DNA of 64,000 nucleotides. Origin: an uncultured delta proteobacterium. GTDB taxonomy: Bacteria; Desulfobacterota; Desulfuromonadia; Desulfuromonadales; BM103. The notes below the pieces were generated by a model. It worked only from the letters and a program-made list of their open reading frames with translations. It was not told the DNA's origin and did not search any database. The translations under genes were made by a program, and so were the position numbers. This document shows, piece after piece, positions 52,287 to 63,618 of this stretch; position 1 is the stretch's first letter, and every line of letters starts with the position of its first letter. The DNA is taken from NCBI GenBank assembly GCA_963715335.1, contig CAVQRZ010000009.1:96001-160000 (forward strand), given 5' to 3'.

Positions 52287-54236
52287 TTGGCTGAAGTCGT
52301 TTTTTCCAGCTGGGGCGGCAAGGTGATCGACAATCGGCAGGGCAAGGAACCGCAAGCTGCGGTTTTCAAGCTGCCGGAAAACTACCTTGATGAAGGCAAG
52401 ATAGCAGCCTTCATGGGCTGGGACGGCGTGATCGTCCTGGACAAGGAGGTCGATGTTGTGACCATGGCCGCCGAGTACATGCAGACTGTCCAGGAGAAGT
52501 ACTGTTGTGCCAAATGCACCCCCGGGAAGCGCGGCACACGAGTCATGATGGACACTCTGTCCCGCATCCTTGCCGGCCATGGTGATGAAGGCGACCTGGA
52601 CACCCTGTCCGGGCTGGCCGACCTGCTCGACAACTGCAAGTGCACACTCTGCATGACGGCCGCCAAACCGGTCCTCGATACCGTCATACATTTTCGTGAA
52701 GACTACCTGGCCTACCTGCGTGGCGAACGCAAGGCGAAAAAGGCCAAAGCCTATCACTCCAAGCTGACGGCACCCTGCATGGACCGTTGCCCGGCCCATA
52801 TTGACATCCCGACCTACGTCGAGGAGATCAAGGACTATCGCCACGATGAATCGCTGGCGACGATCCGCGATTACATGCCGATAGCAGCGGTCTGCGGCCG
52901 CGTCTGCCCGCACCCCTGCGAGTCAGCCTGCCGTCGTGCCCTGGTTGACGAACCGGTCAGTATCATGGTCCTCAAGCGCGTTGCCTCGGACCACGAGTGG
53001 CTGCACAATCACACCCCACCGATGCAGCCAAAGCCCTCGACCGGCAAAAAAGTCATGGTCGTCGGCGCCGGGCCTGCGGGCCTGACTACGGCCTACTACC
53101 TGGCCCTCGAAGGCCATCAGGTCAAGATCATCGACATGCTCAACGAACCGGGTGGTACGGTTGCTGTCGGGATTCCTGACTACCGCATGCCCCGCGACCT
53201 TCTGCAGCGTGAAGCCGACGTCATTGCCGCTCTCGGCGTCGAGATCGAATACGGCGTCAAGCTCGGTCGCGATCTCTCGTTGCGCGAGCTGAAAGAACAG
53301 TATGACGCGGTCTTTCTCGGCACCGGCGCATTCAAGTCAAAGCCTATGGGTGTTGAAGGCGAAGACCAGGGCTATGACGGCTTCTCCGAAGGCGGGATCC
53401 ATTACCTGCGCAAGGTGGCGCTCGGTGAGCCGATCGTGACACCGCCACGCGTGGTGGTGGTCGGCGGCGGCAACACCGCCATCGACTGCGTGCGGGTTGC
53501 GCTACGCGAAGGGGCAAAGGAATCGATCCTGCTCTACCGCCGAACCCGCAAGGAGATGCCGGCCGAACCCTACGAGGTCGATGATGCCGAAGAAGAAAAC
53601 GTCAAGTTCTTCTTTTTGGCGCTGCCGACCAAGCTGATCACCGTGGACAACAAGATCGTCGGCATTGAAGTGCAAAAGATGGAGCTGGGTGAGCCGGATG
53701 ATTCCGGGCGTCGCCGCCCGGTGCCGGTCCCCGGCAGCGAATATATCCTCGACTGCGACCTGGTTATTCCGGCGATCGGTCAGGACCCCGACCTCTCTTA
53801 TCTGGAGGATGGCGACTACGGCATCAAGCAGACCCGCTGGAACAGTATCGTCACCCACGGCGGCACCATGATGACGGACAACGAAGGGATCTTTGCCGGC
53901 GGCGACTGTGAATACGGCGCCATGACCGTCGTCCTGGCTGTCGGCCACGGCCGGCGCGCAGCCCGCGTCATGCACCGTTACCTGATGGAAGGCAAAGCGT
54001 ACCTTGACGAAGAGGATGCCATGGAGGATATCATCAACGGCCTCGGCACCTTCGACAAGGAAGAGAATGTCGGTATCTGCGGCGGTCTGCATCGCGAGCA
54101 CCAGCCGAAGGTGAGCGGTGCCGAACGGGCTCAGAATTACGAAGAAATCGAGCTCGCCATGCCGGAGAGCCAGGCGGTACGCGAGGCGGAACGCTGCCTG
54201 CGCTGTTATCGGGTCGGCATGCTGGCAGTTAACTGA
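52287..54236 (+). CDS. sfrB: NADPH oxidoreductase beta subunit (GltD-like FAD/Fe-S), SfrB type
   Basis: CAKCTP, CMDRCPAH, CGRVCPHPCE, GAGPAG, GGGNTAID, EAERCLRC. Confidence 0.8.
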   Translation: MAEVVFSSWGGKVIDNRQGKEPQAAVFKLPENYLDEGKIAAFMGWDGVIVLDKEVDVVTMAAEYMQTVQEKYCCAKCTPGKRGTRVMMDTLSRILAGHGDEGDLDTLSGLADLLDNCKCTLCMTAAKPVLDTVIHFREDYLAYLRGERKAKKAKAYHSKLTAPCMDRCPAHIDIPTYVEEIKDYRHDESLATIRDYMPIAAVCGRVCPHPCESACRRALVDEPVSIMVLKRVASDHEWLHNHTPPMQPKPSTGKKVMVVGAGPAGLTTAYYLALEGHQVKIIDMLNEPGGTVAVGIPDYRMPRDLLQREADVIAALGVEIEYGVKLGRDLSLRELKEQYDAVFLGTGAFKSKPMGVEGEDQGYDGFSEGGIHYLRKVALGEPIVTPPRVVVVGGGNTAIDCVRVALREGAKESILLYRRTRKEMPAEPYEVDDAEEENVKFFFLALPTKLITVDNKIVGIEVQKMELGEPDDSGRRRPVPVPGSEYILDCDLVIPAIGQDPDLSYLEDGDYGIKQTRWNSIVTHGGTMMTDNEGIFAGGDCEYGAMTVVLAVGHGRRAARVMHRYLMEGKAYLDEEDAMEDIINGLGTFDKEENVGICGGLHREHQPKVSGAERAQNYEEIELAMPESQAVREAERCLRCYRVGMLAVN

Positions 54237-54394
54237 GCTGTTTATGAAAAGACTTCAGAACCCGGGGGAAACCCTTGAGGCTTCTGAACGTCGGATACCT
54301 GATTTCTCGCGAAACCTGGTCTCGACCTTACGACAGCTGTCGTAAGGAAGGAACCGCAATACTTCACTAGATTAACCATAAAAGGGCAGATTCG

Positions 54395-56947
54395 ATGATC
54401 AACCTCAAGATCGACGGCAAGGATGTTCAGATTGCACCGGGAGCGACTATTCTCGATGCAGCGGAGCAGCTGGGCATCAAGATTCCGACCCTCTGTTACC
54501 TGAAAAAAGTGTCGCCAACCGGCGCCTGCCGCATCTGCGCGGTGGAAGTCGATGGCGCGGACAAGACCATGACCGCCTGCAACACCCGGGCGGTCAACGG
54601 CATGATCGTCACGACCCAGTCGGAACGCCTGAGCAGGATTCGACGCCAGATCGTCGAACTGCTGCTGGTCAATCACCCCCTTGATTGCCCGGTCTGCGAC
54701 GCCGGCGGCGAATGCGACCTGCAGGATGTCTGCTACTCGCAGGATGTCGTTCGTCAGCCTTTCGAAGCTGATGACGTCAACGCCGGAACGATCGACCATT
54801 GGCCATTGATTCAGCAGGTCCCGAACCGCTGCATCATGTGCGAGAAGTGCGTCAAGACCTGCCACGAAACGATCGGTTCGAGCGCCCTGTTCGTCAACGA
54901 AAAAGGCGACAAGGCGTTTATCGACAAGGATGTCGACAAGTGTGACTTTTGCGGCAACTGCATACAGGTCTGCCCGACCGGCACGATGATTTCCAAGCCG
55001 TTCAAATTCAAGGCCCGCCCCTGGGAGCTGCGCAAGACTGCTTCTGTCTGCACCCTCTGCTCGGCGCAGTGCCAGGTCGACATGCACAGCAAGCAGGGCA
55101 AGGTCTTGCGGGTCACTGCCGAGGACGGCGTCACCGTCAACGACGGCAACCTGTGCGTCGGCGGGTTCTTCGGCCACGACTACCTGGCCAGCGACCAGAG
55201 GCTGACGACCCCCATGATTGAGGGACAAGCGGCATCCTGGGAGGACGCTCTTGACAAGGTGAGCGCGGCATTCTCCGGCTTGCGTGATGAACAAGGTGGC
55301 CGGGTTCTGGCCGGACTGGCCTCGCCGCACCTGACCAACGAAGAGAACTATCTCTTTCAGAAACTTTTCCGCGTCGCCCTCGACAGCAACAACATCGACT
55401 CCGAGGCACGCTTCAGCAGTCTGCGAGCGGCCAAGATTCTCAATGCCCAGCTCGGGCTGAGCGGTGCAAGCAACCCCCTCAACCGGGTTGGCAAAGCCGA
55501 GGCCGTGCTGGTCTTCGGTGCCGACCTGCGCTCCGAATCGCCGGCTCTCAACTGGCAGGCACAGTTAGCTGCGCGCAAGAATGATGCAAAGCTGATCGTC
55601 GCCAACCCGCGCCGGGTCAAGCTGGTTCGCCAGGCCGAAAGCTTCCTGCAGTACCGGCCCGGCAGTGAAGCACATCTCGCCGGCGCACTGGCCAAGCTGC
55701 TGGTCGATAAAGGCCTCGCCGACAACGACTTCCTGAACCGTTGCGTCGGCAACCGCGATGAGCTCGACGCGTACCTGAGCAATTTCGACGTCGATGCTGC
55801 CTGCACGGCAACCGGCATCAGCCGCGAACGAATCGAAACCGCTGCCGACTATCTTGGTTCCGCTGCCTCTGTCGCCATCGTCTTCGGCCGCGACGTGATG
55901 GGCGCGGCCCAGGCCGAATCGGCGATTGCCGCGATTGCCAACCTGGCGCTGGTCACAGGTGCCTTGCACGGCGACCAGGGCGGTCTCTTTCCGGTGGCTC
56001 CCAAGGGCAACACCCAGGGCCTCATTGATGCCGGTGTGGCTCCTGAATTTCTCCCCGGACTGCAAGACTACACGGCTGGCCAGGAGACCTTCGCCAAGGC
56101 CTGGCACTGCACGCTGCCGGAAGCCGGTGCCGACGCCGTCGGTATCCTGGAAGGCATCGAGCAGGGCCAGATCAAAGCCCTCTATCTCGCCGGAGCCAAC
56201 CCCCTGGTTGCTTTTCCGGAAAATGCTCGCTGGCGCAAGGCCCTCGACAAGCTCGACATTCTGGTCGTCCAGGATATCCTGGCTAACGATCTGACCGCAC
56301 TGGCAACCGTGGTCCTGCCAGGCGCGGCCTCTTCAGAAAAGCGCGGCAGCGTGACAGCCATGGACCAGCGCGTCAGCAAACTGAGAATTGCCGTCGCAGC
56401 GCCGGGAGAAGCACGCCCCGATCTCGCCATATTGAGCGACCTGTTCGCCCGCCTGACCGGCAAACCGGAACCAAGCGAGAGCGCCCTCCGCCAGGAGATG
56501 ATGAAGCTCAGCGGCAGCTACACCGATGTCTGCCAGGCTCTCGAGCAGAGCAACTTCTGCTGGAAGCAGCCCTACTCTCCAAAAGACCGGGCTCTGCTCG
56601 CGGCAGCACCTGAACTGGTCGCTCCGGAAGCTGCCGACATGAAGCTTATGGTCAGTAAATGCCCCTTCCAGTTCGGCACCACAACGACTTACTCGGCAGC
56701 CAACAATGAACTGGCCCCGGAAGGGGTGATTATCGTCAACCCGGAAGACGCCGGCAAACTCGGCGTTACCGATGGCGGCAAGCTCAAGGTCACCGGCCCT
56801 GCGGGTTCCGCAAGCGGCAAGGTAATGATCCACGCAATGATGCCTGCCGGACTGCTCGCCGCATCGGACAACTTTGCCGGAATGAATATCCAGCAGATTA
56901 TGCCGAGTGGCAGTAATTGCGTTCCCGTCACTGCCGCCAAAGCATAA
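54395..56947 (+). CDS. sfrA: NADPH oxidoreductase alpha subunit (NuoG/molybdopterin fold, Fe-S), SfrA type
   Basis: IPTLC, GACRIC, HPLDCPVCD.GGECDLQ, CIMCEKC, CDFCGNC, CTLCSAQC. Confidence 0.8.
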   Translation: MINLKIDGKDVQIAPGATILDAAEQLGIKIPTLCYLKKVSPTGACRICAVEVDGADKTMTACNTRAVNGMIVTTQSERLSRIRRQIVELLLVNHPLDCPVCDAGGECDLQDVCYSQDVVRQPFEADDVNAGTIDHWPLIQQVPNRCIMCEKCVKTCHETIGSSALFVNEKGDKAFIDKDVDKCDFCGNCIQVCPTGTMISKPFKFKARPWELRKTASVCTLCSAQCQVDMHSKQGKVLRVTAEDGVTVNDGNLCVGGFFGHDYLASDQRLTTPMIEGQAASWEDALDKVSAAFSGLRDEQGGRVLAGLASPHLTNEENYLFQKLFRVALDSNNIDSEARFSSLRAAKILNAQLGLSGASNPLNRVGKAEAVLVFGADLRSESPALNWQAQLAARKNDAKLIVANPRRVKLVRQAESFLQYRPGSEAHLAGALAKLLVDKGLADNDFLNRCVGNRDELDAYLSNFDVDAACTATGISRERIETAADYLGSAASVAIVFGRDVMGAAQAESAIAAIANLALVTGALHGDQGGLFPVAPKGNTQGLIDAGVAPEFLPGLQDYTAGQETFAKAWHCTLPEAGADAVGILEGIEQGQIKALYLAGANPLVAFPENARWRKALDKLDILVVQDILANDLTALATVVLPGAASSEKRGSVTAMDQRVSKLRIAVAAPGEARPDLAILSDLFARLTGKPEPSESALRQEMMKLSGSYTDVCQALEQSNFCWKQPYSPKDRALLAAAPELVAPEAADMKLMVSKCPFQFGTTTTYSAANNELAPEGVIIVNPEDAGKLGVTDGGKLKVTGPAGSASGKVMIHAMMPAGLLAASDNFAGMNIQQIMPSGSNCVPVTAAKA

Positions 56948-57073
56948 GGCGGAACACAACGCCCCGCAACAACGGGGCATTGTTTCAGGCTGCTGGATAC
57001 GTTCAACCAGACTTCACGATAGAGAGGGCAACAGATTAAGCGTCTGTTGCCCTTTTCCATTGGACGTTGGAAA

Positions 57074-57507
57074 TCAAAGACAAAGGCAAAACCCGGGGGT
57101 CGCGCCCCCCGACTGCGCCTTACTCTTTTGTTGGCCCAAAAGAGTAAGCAGAAAAGGGCCTGCGCTGCGCTGGGCATGTCTGGTGCGTCAAGGCGGCAAC
57201 CTCAATTCAGGCCATATTAACCGACTAAATGTTTACGCTTCCCCCGCAGGAGCCGAGGCTCTTGAGAGCCTCTCCTGCTGTGGAGACTTGCGTCGGTAGA
57301 GGTTCTTTTGGCTTTCCCCTTTTAAATCACAGAGAAAGGTCAGGCCCTTTGACACAGGGCCGGATCCCCATCAGTAAAGGTTTTTGAAGTCACAGAAATC
57401 AGGCCTAGGGGATGCCCTCCGCAAGGAGAAGGCACTTTTGCATACTTTTGTTGCCGGGCAAAAGTATGGCGTCGGGCGGGACGCGACCCGCCGGTTTTGT
57501 CTTTCAA
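57074..57507 (-). mobile_element. 430-bp structured repeat, copy D
   Basis: Reverse complement of copy A; also shares ~90 nt of flank with copy C. Confidence 0.8.
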
Positions 57508-57606
57508 AAAATGCTCAAGACAACAACTCAACCTTTTGATGATAGCCCTTGCAAAAAACATGAGGTTTCTATATATTGAATATACAATCAATCTACGAGG
57601 GAACAA

Positions 57607-57759
57607 ATGAAATCTTTACTGGTTCTTTTGGCCGTCATTGCCGCCTGGTACATCCTCAACCGCTGGATTCTACCGCATTTTGGGGTTGAGACCTGACTCT
57701 CCGGAGCCTGTGAACTCCCCGTGCGGGAGGAAGACAAGGATGATGAAGGAAAAAGCTGA
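57607..57759 (+). CDS. Candidate 50-aa membrane micro-selenoprotein (UGA at 57694-57696)
   Basis: RBS GAGGGA; MKSLLVLLAVIAAWYILNRWILPHFGVET-U-LSGACELPVREEDKDDEGKS; hairpin after the UGA; terminator directly after the second stop. Confidence 0.62.
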
Positions 57760-57762
57760 CAT

Positions 57763-57800
57763 AAAAAAGCCCCGGCCGTAAAGGTCGGGGCTTTCTGTTT
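57763..57800. terminator. Bidirectional terminator
   Basis: AAAAAAGCCCCGGCC-GTAAA-GGTCGGGGCTTT between convergent genes. Confidence 0.8.
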
Positions 57801-57812
57801 CAATACCAGCCT

Positions 57813-58142
57813 CTAACGCAGGCTCGTGGCGCAGCGCGGGCAAGTGAACATGCTGGTGGACGGCACCTTGTGACCGCAGGTCGGACAGTTGAACCAGTAT
57901 CGGCAGTACTTGCATTGCGGGTCTGAAAGTCCCTGTTTTTTCTTGCACTTGGGGCATTGGCGGTACATCTTGCGATGGGTGATGTATTCTGCAAAGATCA
58001 GCCCGCACTTTGCGCAGACCTTGGCGTCCCGACGATGATTCGTGGCCTCGCAGCGCGGCGCCGGACAGACATAGACAGTATGACAGTTGTCACACCAGTT
58101 CTTGCCGCGCGTCATCTCTTTACATACCGAGCATTTTTCCAT
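57813..58142 (-). CDS. Cys-rich multi zinc-ribbon protein
   Basis: Eight Cys pairs (CSVC, CDNC, CPAPRC, CAKC, CPKC, CKYC, CPTC, CPRC); GAGG RBS. Confidence 0.75.
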   Translation of the reverse strand: MEKCSVCKEMTRGKNWCDNCHTVYVCPAPRCEATNHRRDAKVCAKCGLIFAEYITHRKMYRQCPKCKKKQGLSDPQCKYCRYWFNCPTCGHKVPSTSMFTCPRCATSLR

Positions 58143-58327
58143 CAGAACACCTCAAGCGCTTCTCGTCCGATATTAATTTCTGCCCCTACAACATAATCAA
58201 TTGACCAACAAATTGCCAGTATGTTATCGGCAAGTTACTGATAAAACAGGGAATCATAGACAGATAAAGCGCAAAATCAAAAAGCCGGACCGCTCGGCCC
58301 GGCTTTCAACTCCTGCGGGATGAAGAT

Positions 58328-58837
58328 CTAGTTGACCTTGAAAAACGCAACCGGGCCGGCCTGACAGATCGGGCAGGGGCCGTGCGGCTCTCCCTCCAGG
58401 GTGTTGCCACAGACCTTGCAGACATAGTAGTCAACATCCTGATTGTTGCCCAGATTGTCGAAAGCCTTCTGGTAAAGATCTGCATGGACCTTCTCAACCG
58501 CGTTGGCGAAGGTGAAGCTCCGCACCGCGGCATCGAACCCTGCGGCCTTGGCTGTTTTGATCATCTCCGGATACATGCTTGTAAATTCATGGGTTTCACC
58601 ATTGATCGCTTCCTTCAGGTTGGCCTTGGTACTGCTTATGCCGCCTGCCGTGCGCAAATGGGCGTGAGCATGGATCGTCTCGGCAGCAGCCGCGGCACGG
58701 AACAGCTTGGCGATCTGCTGGTGTCCTTCTGCGTCAGCCTTTTCTGCAAAAGCCAGGTATTTGCGGTTGGCCTGGGACTCTCCGGCAAAAGCCTCCATCA
58801 GATGATCCTCAGTTTTACTCCCCTTCAATTCAGCCAT
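58328..58837 (-). CDS. rbr: Rubrerythrin
   Basis: AFAGESQANRKY, ETIHA, EKVH, CKVC...CPIC. Confidence 0.93.
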   Translation of the reverse strand: MAELKGSKTEDHLMEAFAGESQANRKYLAFAEKADAEGHQQIAKLFRAAAAAETIHAHAHLRTAGGISSTKANLKEAINGETHEFTSMYPEMIKTAKAAGFDAAVRSFTFANAVEKVHADLYQKAFDNLGNNQDVDYYVCKVCGNTLEGEPHGPCPICQAGPVAFFKVN

Positions 58838-58955
58838 GATTCTCTCCTTTCAATGAAAATAATTTGACAAACATAAAAGCAGATCAATATTATCGATTTC
58901 GCTGGGCATGTCAACCACGTGTATTTTTTCTGTAATGACTATGGAGTAACGCCTA

Positions 58956-59414
58956 ATGTCAATCTACCGAGTAGAAAAAACCGAGCTCCCGGTCGTGGTT
59001 TTCCAGGCTGATGGCTCGGTCATGAAGGGCGTCGTGTTCCTGAGTGCTGCAACTTATCGCCCCGTGAGCAAACAGACTCTGCACGAACTGATGAAGGAGG
59101 CCGGCGACTTTTTCCCGTTCCGAAGCGATGCGGGGAAATTCTGCATCGCCAACAAGCAGACCATCACCCATATCCGCTATGAACCCCGGCAAAACAACCC
59201 GGAGCAGCACCCGCTGGGACACAGGGAAGATGTGGACGTCAAGTTTGTCGGCGGTGAACAGCTGACCGGTACCGTGACTATTGAAATGCCGGCAGGGAAA
59301 AGCCGCCTGTTTGATTTTATCAACGCGCTGGAGGGCTTTTTCATGCTGCAGAACCAGGAGGCGCATTACCTGGTCAACGTCCGGCAAATCCGCGATATCA
59401 ATCCAAGACCTTGA
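58956..59414 (+). CDS. Hypothetical protein with internally duplicated small beta-domain
   Basis: GGAG RBS; two similar halves (...FFPF...NK..I / ...FFML...VN..I). Confidence 0.7.
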   Translation: MSIYRVEKTELPVVVFQADGSVMKGVVFLSAATYRPVSKQTLHELMKEAGDFFPFRSDAGKFCIANKQTITHIRYEPRQNNPEQHPLGHREDVDVKFVGGEQLTGTVTIEMPAGKSRLFDFINALEGFFMLQNQEAHYLVNVRQIRDINPRP

Positions 59415-59480
59415 ACGGCCGGCCGGGATCCCCGTCGGCTTTTTTTGACCGCAAAGCTCTGCCGTCAAGCGATATCTGGT

Positions 59481-62294
59481 TTATAGCGACAGGTAGGAGC
59501 GCAGATAACGGCCGGTATAGGACCTGGCGCAACGGGCCACGTCTTCGGGGGTACCGCAGACAACGACCTCCCCGCCGCGACTGCCGCCCTCAGGACCGAG
59601 ATCGATGATATGGTCGGCGGTCTTGATGACGTCCAGGTTGTGCTCGATAATCACCACACTGTTCCCCGACTCGACCAGGCGTTGCAAGACGCTGAGCAGC
59701 CGGCTGATATCGTCAAAATGCAAGCCGGTGGTCGGCTCATCGAGGATATAGATGGTTCTGCCAGTTGAACGCTTGCTGAGTTCCTTGGCCAGCTTGACGC
59801 GCTGCGCTTCGCCCCCGGACAGGGTCGTGGCGCTCTGGCCAAGCTTGATATAACCGAGCCCGACCTCGCGCAAAGTCTCCAGCTTGCGCTTGATGCGCGG
59901 GATATTGGCAAGGAACTCCGTGGCCTGATTGGCGGTCATGTCGAGGACATCGGCGATCGTCTTGCCCTTGTATTTGACCTGCAGGGTTTCCCGGTTGTAA
60001 CGGGCCCCGTGGCAGGCCTCGCACTGGATATAGACATCGGGCAGAAAGTGCATTTCGATGCGCAGGATACCGTCCCCCTGGCAAGCCTCGCAGCGCCCCC
60101 CTTTGACGTTGAACGAAAACCGGCCAGGCTTGTAACCACGCATTTTGGCTTCCGGCAACCGGGCAAAGATGTCGCGAATATCGGTAAATAACCCGGAGTA
60201 GGTCGCCGGATTGGATCTAGGCGTGCGACCGATCGGTGACTGGTCTATATCGATGACCTTGTCGAGTTGCTCAAGGCCCTCGACGGCGCGCACCGGGCCG
60301 GATCGCTCGCGCGAGCGGTAAAGGCGTTGGGCCAGGGCCTTTTGCAGGGTGTCGAGAACCAGTGAAGATTTGCCGGAACCGGAGACTCCGGTAACACAGG
60401 TCATCACGCCAAGCGGGATGTCCACGTCGACGGAGTTGAGATTGTTGGCCGTAGCGCCCCTGATGCCCAGGGTCCCGGTGGCCTTGCGCCGCTTCTGCGG
60501 CACAGGGATCTCCAGACGTCCGGAGAGGTAGGCACCGGTCAATGACTCGGGATGATTGAGAACCTCCTGCGGGGTGCCCTGGGCCACCACCTGACCGCCA
60601 TGGCGGCCGGCCCGCGGCCCCATGTCAATCACATGATCCGCTTCGAGAATGGTCTCCTCGTCATGTTCCACCACCAGCACGGTGTTGCCGAGATCACGCA
60701 GGCGCTTCAGCGTTTCCAGCAGGCGGCGATTATCGCGCTGGTGCAGCCCGATCGACGGTTCATCAAGGATGTACAGGACACCGACCAGCGAGGACCCGAT
60801 CTGGGTTGCCAGGCGGATCCGCTGGCTCTCCCCACCCGAAAGCGTGCCGGACGTCCGGTCCAAAGCCAGGTAATCGAGACCGACATTGACCAGGAACGAC
60901 AGGCGTTCGCGAATTTCCTTGAGCACCCGCCGGGCAATCTCGGCTTCTTTGGCCGGCAGCACGAGATCGGCAAAAAAGGCCTCGGCATCGCTGACACTTA
61001 ACGAACAAACCTCCTGGATATTGCGCCCGGCAATCCTCACACAGAGGGTCTCCGGCTTCAGCCGCGCCCCCTGGCAGCTTGGGCAGGGCATGATGTTCAT
61101 GAACTCCTCGAGTTTTTCGCGCGTCGCGTCGGAATCGGTTTCGCGCAGACGCCGTTCGAGATTCGGGATCACGCCTTCAAAAGGTTTGTGATAAAAGTGC
61201 CGGTGGTTGGCCTGGTCATAGAAGAACTTGACCTGCTCCTTGCCGGAACCATACAGCAGGACCTGCTGGATACGCTCCGGAAGTTCGGCGAAAGGGGTGC
61301 GGATCTCAAACTCGTAAAAATCGGCCAGGGCTTCCAGGACCTGCAGGTAATAGTAGCCGGTCCGGGTCGACCAGGGTGCGATGGCGCCTTCGCGCAGGGA
61401 GAGCTGCCGGTTCGGCACAACCTGCTCCGGGTCAAAGTACATGCGCGTGCCGAGACCGGAACAGTCGGCGCAGGCACCATACGGATTGTTGAAAGAGAAC
61501 ATCCGCGGGGTCATTTCTGGAATCGAGATGCCGCATTCCGCGCAGGCGTGCCACTCCGAGAAGAGCTGGCTCGCGCCGCCGATCGTCTCGACTCTGACCA
61601 GACCTTCACCAAGCCGCAGCGAGGTCTCCAGGGAGTCGGCCAGCCGGCTGGCAATCCCCGGTTTGACCACGAGCCGGTCGACCACGACCTCGATGGTATG
61701 TTTTTTGTTCTTGTCGAGAACGATCTCCTCGCCCAGCTCAAACATCGCGCCGTCAATCCGTACCCGGACAAAGCCATCAGCCTGGAGCTGGCGCAACTCC
61801 TTGCGGTATTCGCCTTTGCGTCCGCGCACAACCGGAGCCAGCAGCAGGAGTTTGCTCTTCTCCGGCAGGGCCAGAACCTGTTCAACCATCTGTTCGACTG
61901 TCTGCGAGGCGATCTCCTTGTCGCACGAAGGACAGTGCACCCTGCCGATACGGGCGTAAAGCAAGCGCAGGTAATCGTAAATCTCTGTGACCGTGCCGAC
62001 CGTTGAACGCGGGTTTTTCGAGGAGGATTTCTGTTCGATGGAGATTGCCGGGCTCAGCCCCTCGATGCTCTCGACATCCGGCTTGTCCATTTGCTCAAGA
62101 AACTGCCGGGCATAGGTGGAAAGGCTTTCCACATAACGGCGCTGCCCCTCGGCGTAAATCGTGTCGAAAGCCAGGGTGCTTTTGCCGGAGCCGGAGACCC
62201 CGGTGATGACCACCAGCTGGTCACGCGGGATGTCGACGTCGATGCACTTCAGGTTGTGCTCGCAGGCACCTTTGATGATTATTTTATCTACCAT
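59481..62294 (-). CDS. uvrA: Excinuclease ABC subunit A
   Basis: Two GVSGSGKS Walker A motifs, zinc fingers, LSGGE motifs. Confidence 0.98.
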   Translation of the reverse strand: MVDKIIIKGACEHNLKCIDVDIPRDQLVVITGVSGSGKSTLAFDTIYAEGQRRYVESLSTYARQFLEQMDKPDVESIEGLSPAISIEQKSSSKNPRSTVGTVTEIYDYLRLLYARIGRVHCPSCDKEIASQTVEQMVEQVLALPEKSKLLLLAPVVRGRKGEYRKELRQLQADGFVRVRIDGAMFELGEEIVLDKNKKHTIEVVVDRLVVKPGIASRLADSLETSLRLGEGLVRVETIGGASQLFSEWHACAECGISIPEMTPRMFSFNNPYGACADCSGLGTRMYFDPEQVVPNRQLSLREGAIAPWSTRTGYYYLQVLEALADFYEFEIRTPFAELPERIQQVLLYGSGKEQVKFFYDQANHRHFYHKPFEGVIPNLERRLRETDSDATREKLEEFMNIMPCPSCQGARLKPETLCVRIAGRNIQEVCSLSVSDAEAFFADLVLPAKEAEIARRVLKEIRERLSFLVNVGLDYLALDRTSGTLSGGESQRIRLATQIGSSLVGVLYILDEPSIGLHQRDNRRLLETLKRLRDLGNTVLVVEHDEETILEADHVIDMGPRAGRHGGQVVAQGTPQEVLNHPESLTGAYLSGRLEIPVPQKRRKATGTLGIRGATANNLNSVDVDIPLGVMTCVTGVSGSGKSSLVLDTLQKALAQRLYRSRERSGPVRAVEGLEQLDKVIDIDQSPIGRTPRSNPATYSGLFTDIRDIFARLPEAKMRGYKPGRFSFNVKGGRCEACQGDGILRIEMHFLPDVYIQCEACHGARYNRETLQVKYKGKTIADVLDMTANQATEFLANIPRIKRKLETLREVGLGYIKLGQSATTLSGGEAQRVKLAKELSKRSTGRTIYILDEPTTGLHFDDISRLLSVLQRLVESGNSVVIIEHNLDVIKTADHIIDLGPEGGSRGGEVVVCGTPEDVARCARSYTGRYLRSYLSL

Positions 62295-62417
62295 GGTTTT
62301 TGTCTATAGGATTGTGGGCGTTAATAAAGCGCAGCTTTTGCCGGTAATTTGAGGCGCGAGACGGGAAGCGCGAGAAACTCTACGCACTGCTTTGCTTTCT
62401 GGCCTTTCCCTTACCCC

Positions 62418-63440
62418 TCACCTCTTGTCCCGTTCCTGTTTGTCCGCCATTTCAGCGGCCATTTTAACGGCCGCGATCAGGCTGGCCGGACTGGCCTTGC
62501 CGGCCCCCGCCAGATCATAGGCGGTACCGTGGTCCACCGAGGTACGGACCACCGGCAGGCCGAGGGTGACGTTCACACCGTCGTCAAAATGCAGGAGCTT
62601 GAGAGGGATCAGTCCCTGGTCGTGATACATGCAGATTACCGCGTCGTAGTGCCCCTGAGCGGCAAACCAGAAGAGCGTGTCAGCGCTGTGCGGGCCACTT
62701 GCCTTGATCCCTTGCTTGCGGGCCGCCTCTATGGCCGGGACAATCGTTCGTTTCTCTTCATCGCCAAACAGGCCGCCCTCTCCCGCATGCGGGTTGAGGG
62801 CAAGGACGGCAAGGCGTGGCTGGAGAACACCGAACTGCTGCCGTAAACTCTCTGCAGCGATCCGGATCGTCGACAGGACACGCTCGACAGTCAACTTTTG
62901 CGGGACATCGCGCAGAGCGCAATGGGTTGTAACCAGGCAGACCTTGAGGCGCTCGCCGGCCAGCATCATAACCACTTCGTCAACTCCACAGCGCGACGCG
63001 AGGAGTTCCGTATGCCCGGGGAAGTTGGCGCCGGCCAGCTGCAGGGCCTGCTTGTTGATCGGCGCGGTCACCATGCCGGCCGCTTCGTCGGCAAGGCAGC
63101 GATCACAGGCCCAGGAAATATAGTCGGCCATGGCACGGCCGGAGCAGGCACTGGGTTGCCCATATTTCTGCTCTGCAGGATCGAGACGAGACCCTTCGCG
63201 AAGCGGCAAGCTCTGGCCGGAAACAACCAGTTCGCCCGAAGCCAGGGGGGTTCGCGAATCCGGCTGCCAGGCAAGCTCATAACCACAGACCTGCGCCGCG
63301 CGCTGCATGATCGCCAGATCACCGACAACCACAACCGGGCGCGACAGACCGGCAAAGGCTCCCCGGCCAGCCGCCTGGATAATAATTTCCGGACCGACCC
63401 CGGTCGGGTCACCCATGGTGAGGAGAAGTGGTTTTTCCAT
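62418..63440 (-). CDS. pdxA: 4-hydroxythreonine-4-phosphate dehydrogenase
   Basis: TMGDPTGVGPE, GHTE, LNPHAGE, MYHDQGL, RTSVDHGTA. Confidence 0.95.
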   Translation of the reverse strand: MEKPLLLTMGDPTGVGPEIIIQAAGRGAFAGLSRPVVVVGDLAIMQRAAQVCGYELAWQPDSRTPLASGELVVSGQSLPLREGSRLDPAEQKYGQPSACSGRAMADYISWACDRCLADEAAGMVTAPINKQALQLAGANFPGHTELLASRCGVDEVVMMLAGERLKVCLVTTHCALRDVPQKLTVERVLSTIRIAAESLRQQFGVLQPRLAVLALNPHAGEGGLFGDEEKRTIVPAIEAARKQGIKASGPHSADTLFWFAAQGHYDAVICMYHDQGLIPLKLLHFDDGVNVTLGLPVVRTSVDHGTAYDLAGAGKASPASLIAAVKMAAEMADKQERDKR

Positions 63441-63618
63441 AAATGCCCTTCGCTGGTTATGCGCCAAAGAAACAGTATAGCCCAGCCACGAAAGAGTCCT
63501 CAACCTGATTTGCAAATTACGTTTTCTGTTCCGGACAGGGAAAGCGGTTTTCAAACCTGACAGAAGCGGCTATACTCTGGATTATCTCAACGTGTCATGT
63601 GCAACTGGAGATTCCCGG

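Noticed and set aside
58851..58900. Fur/PerR box upstream of rubrerythrin
   Set aside because: AT-rich GATAATATTGATC-like sequence is suggestive but too degenerate to support.
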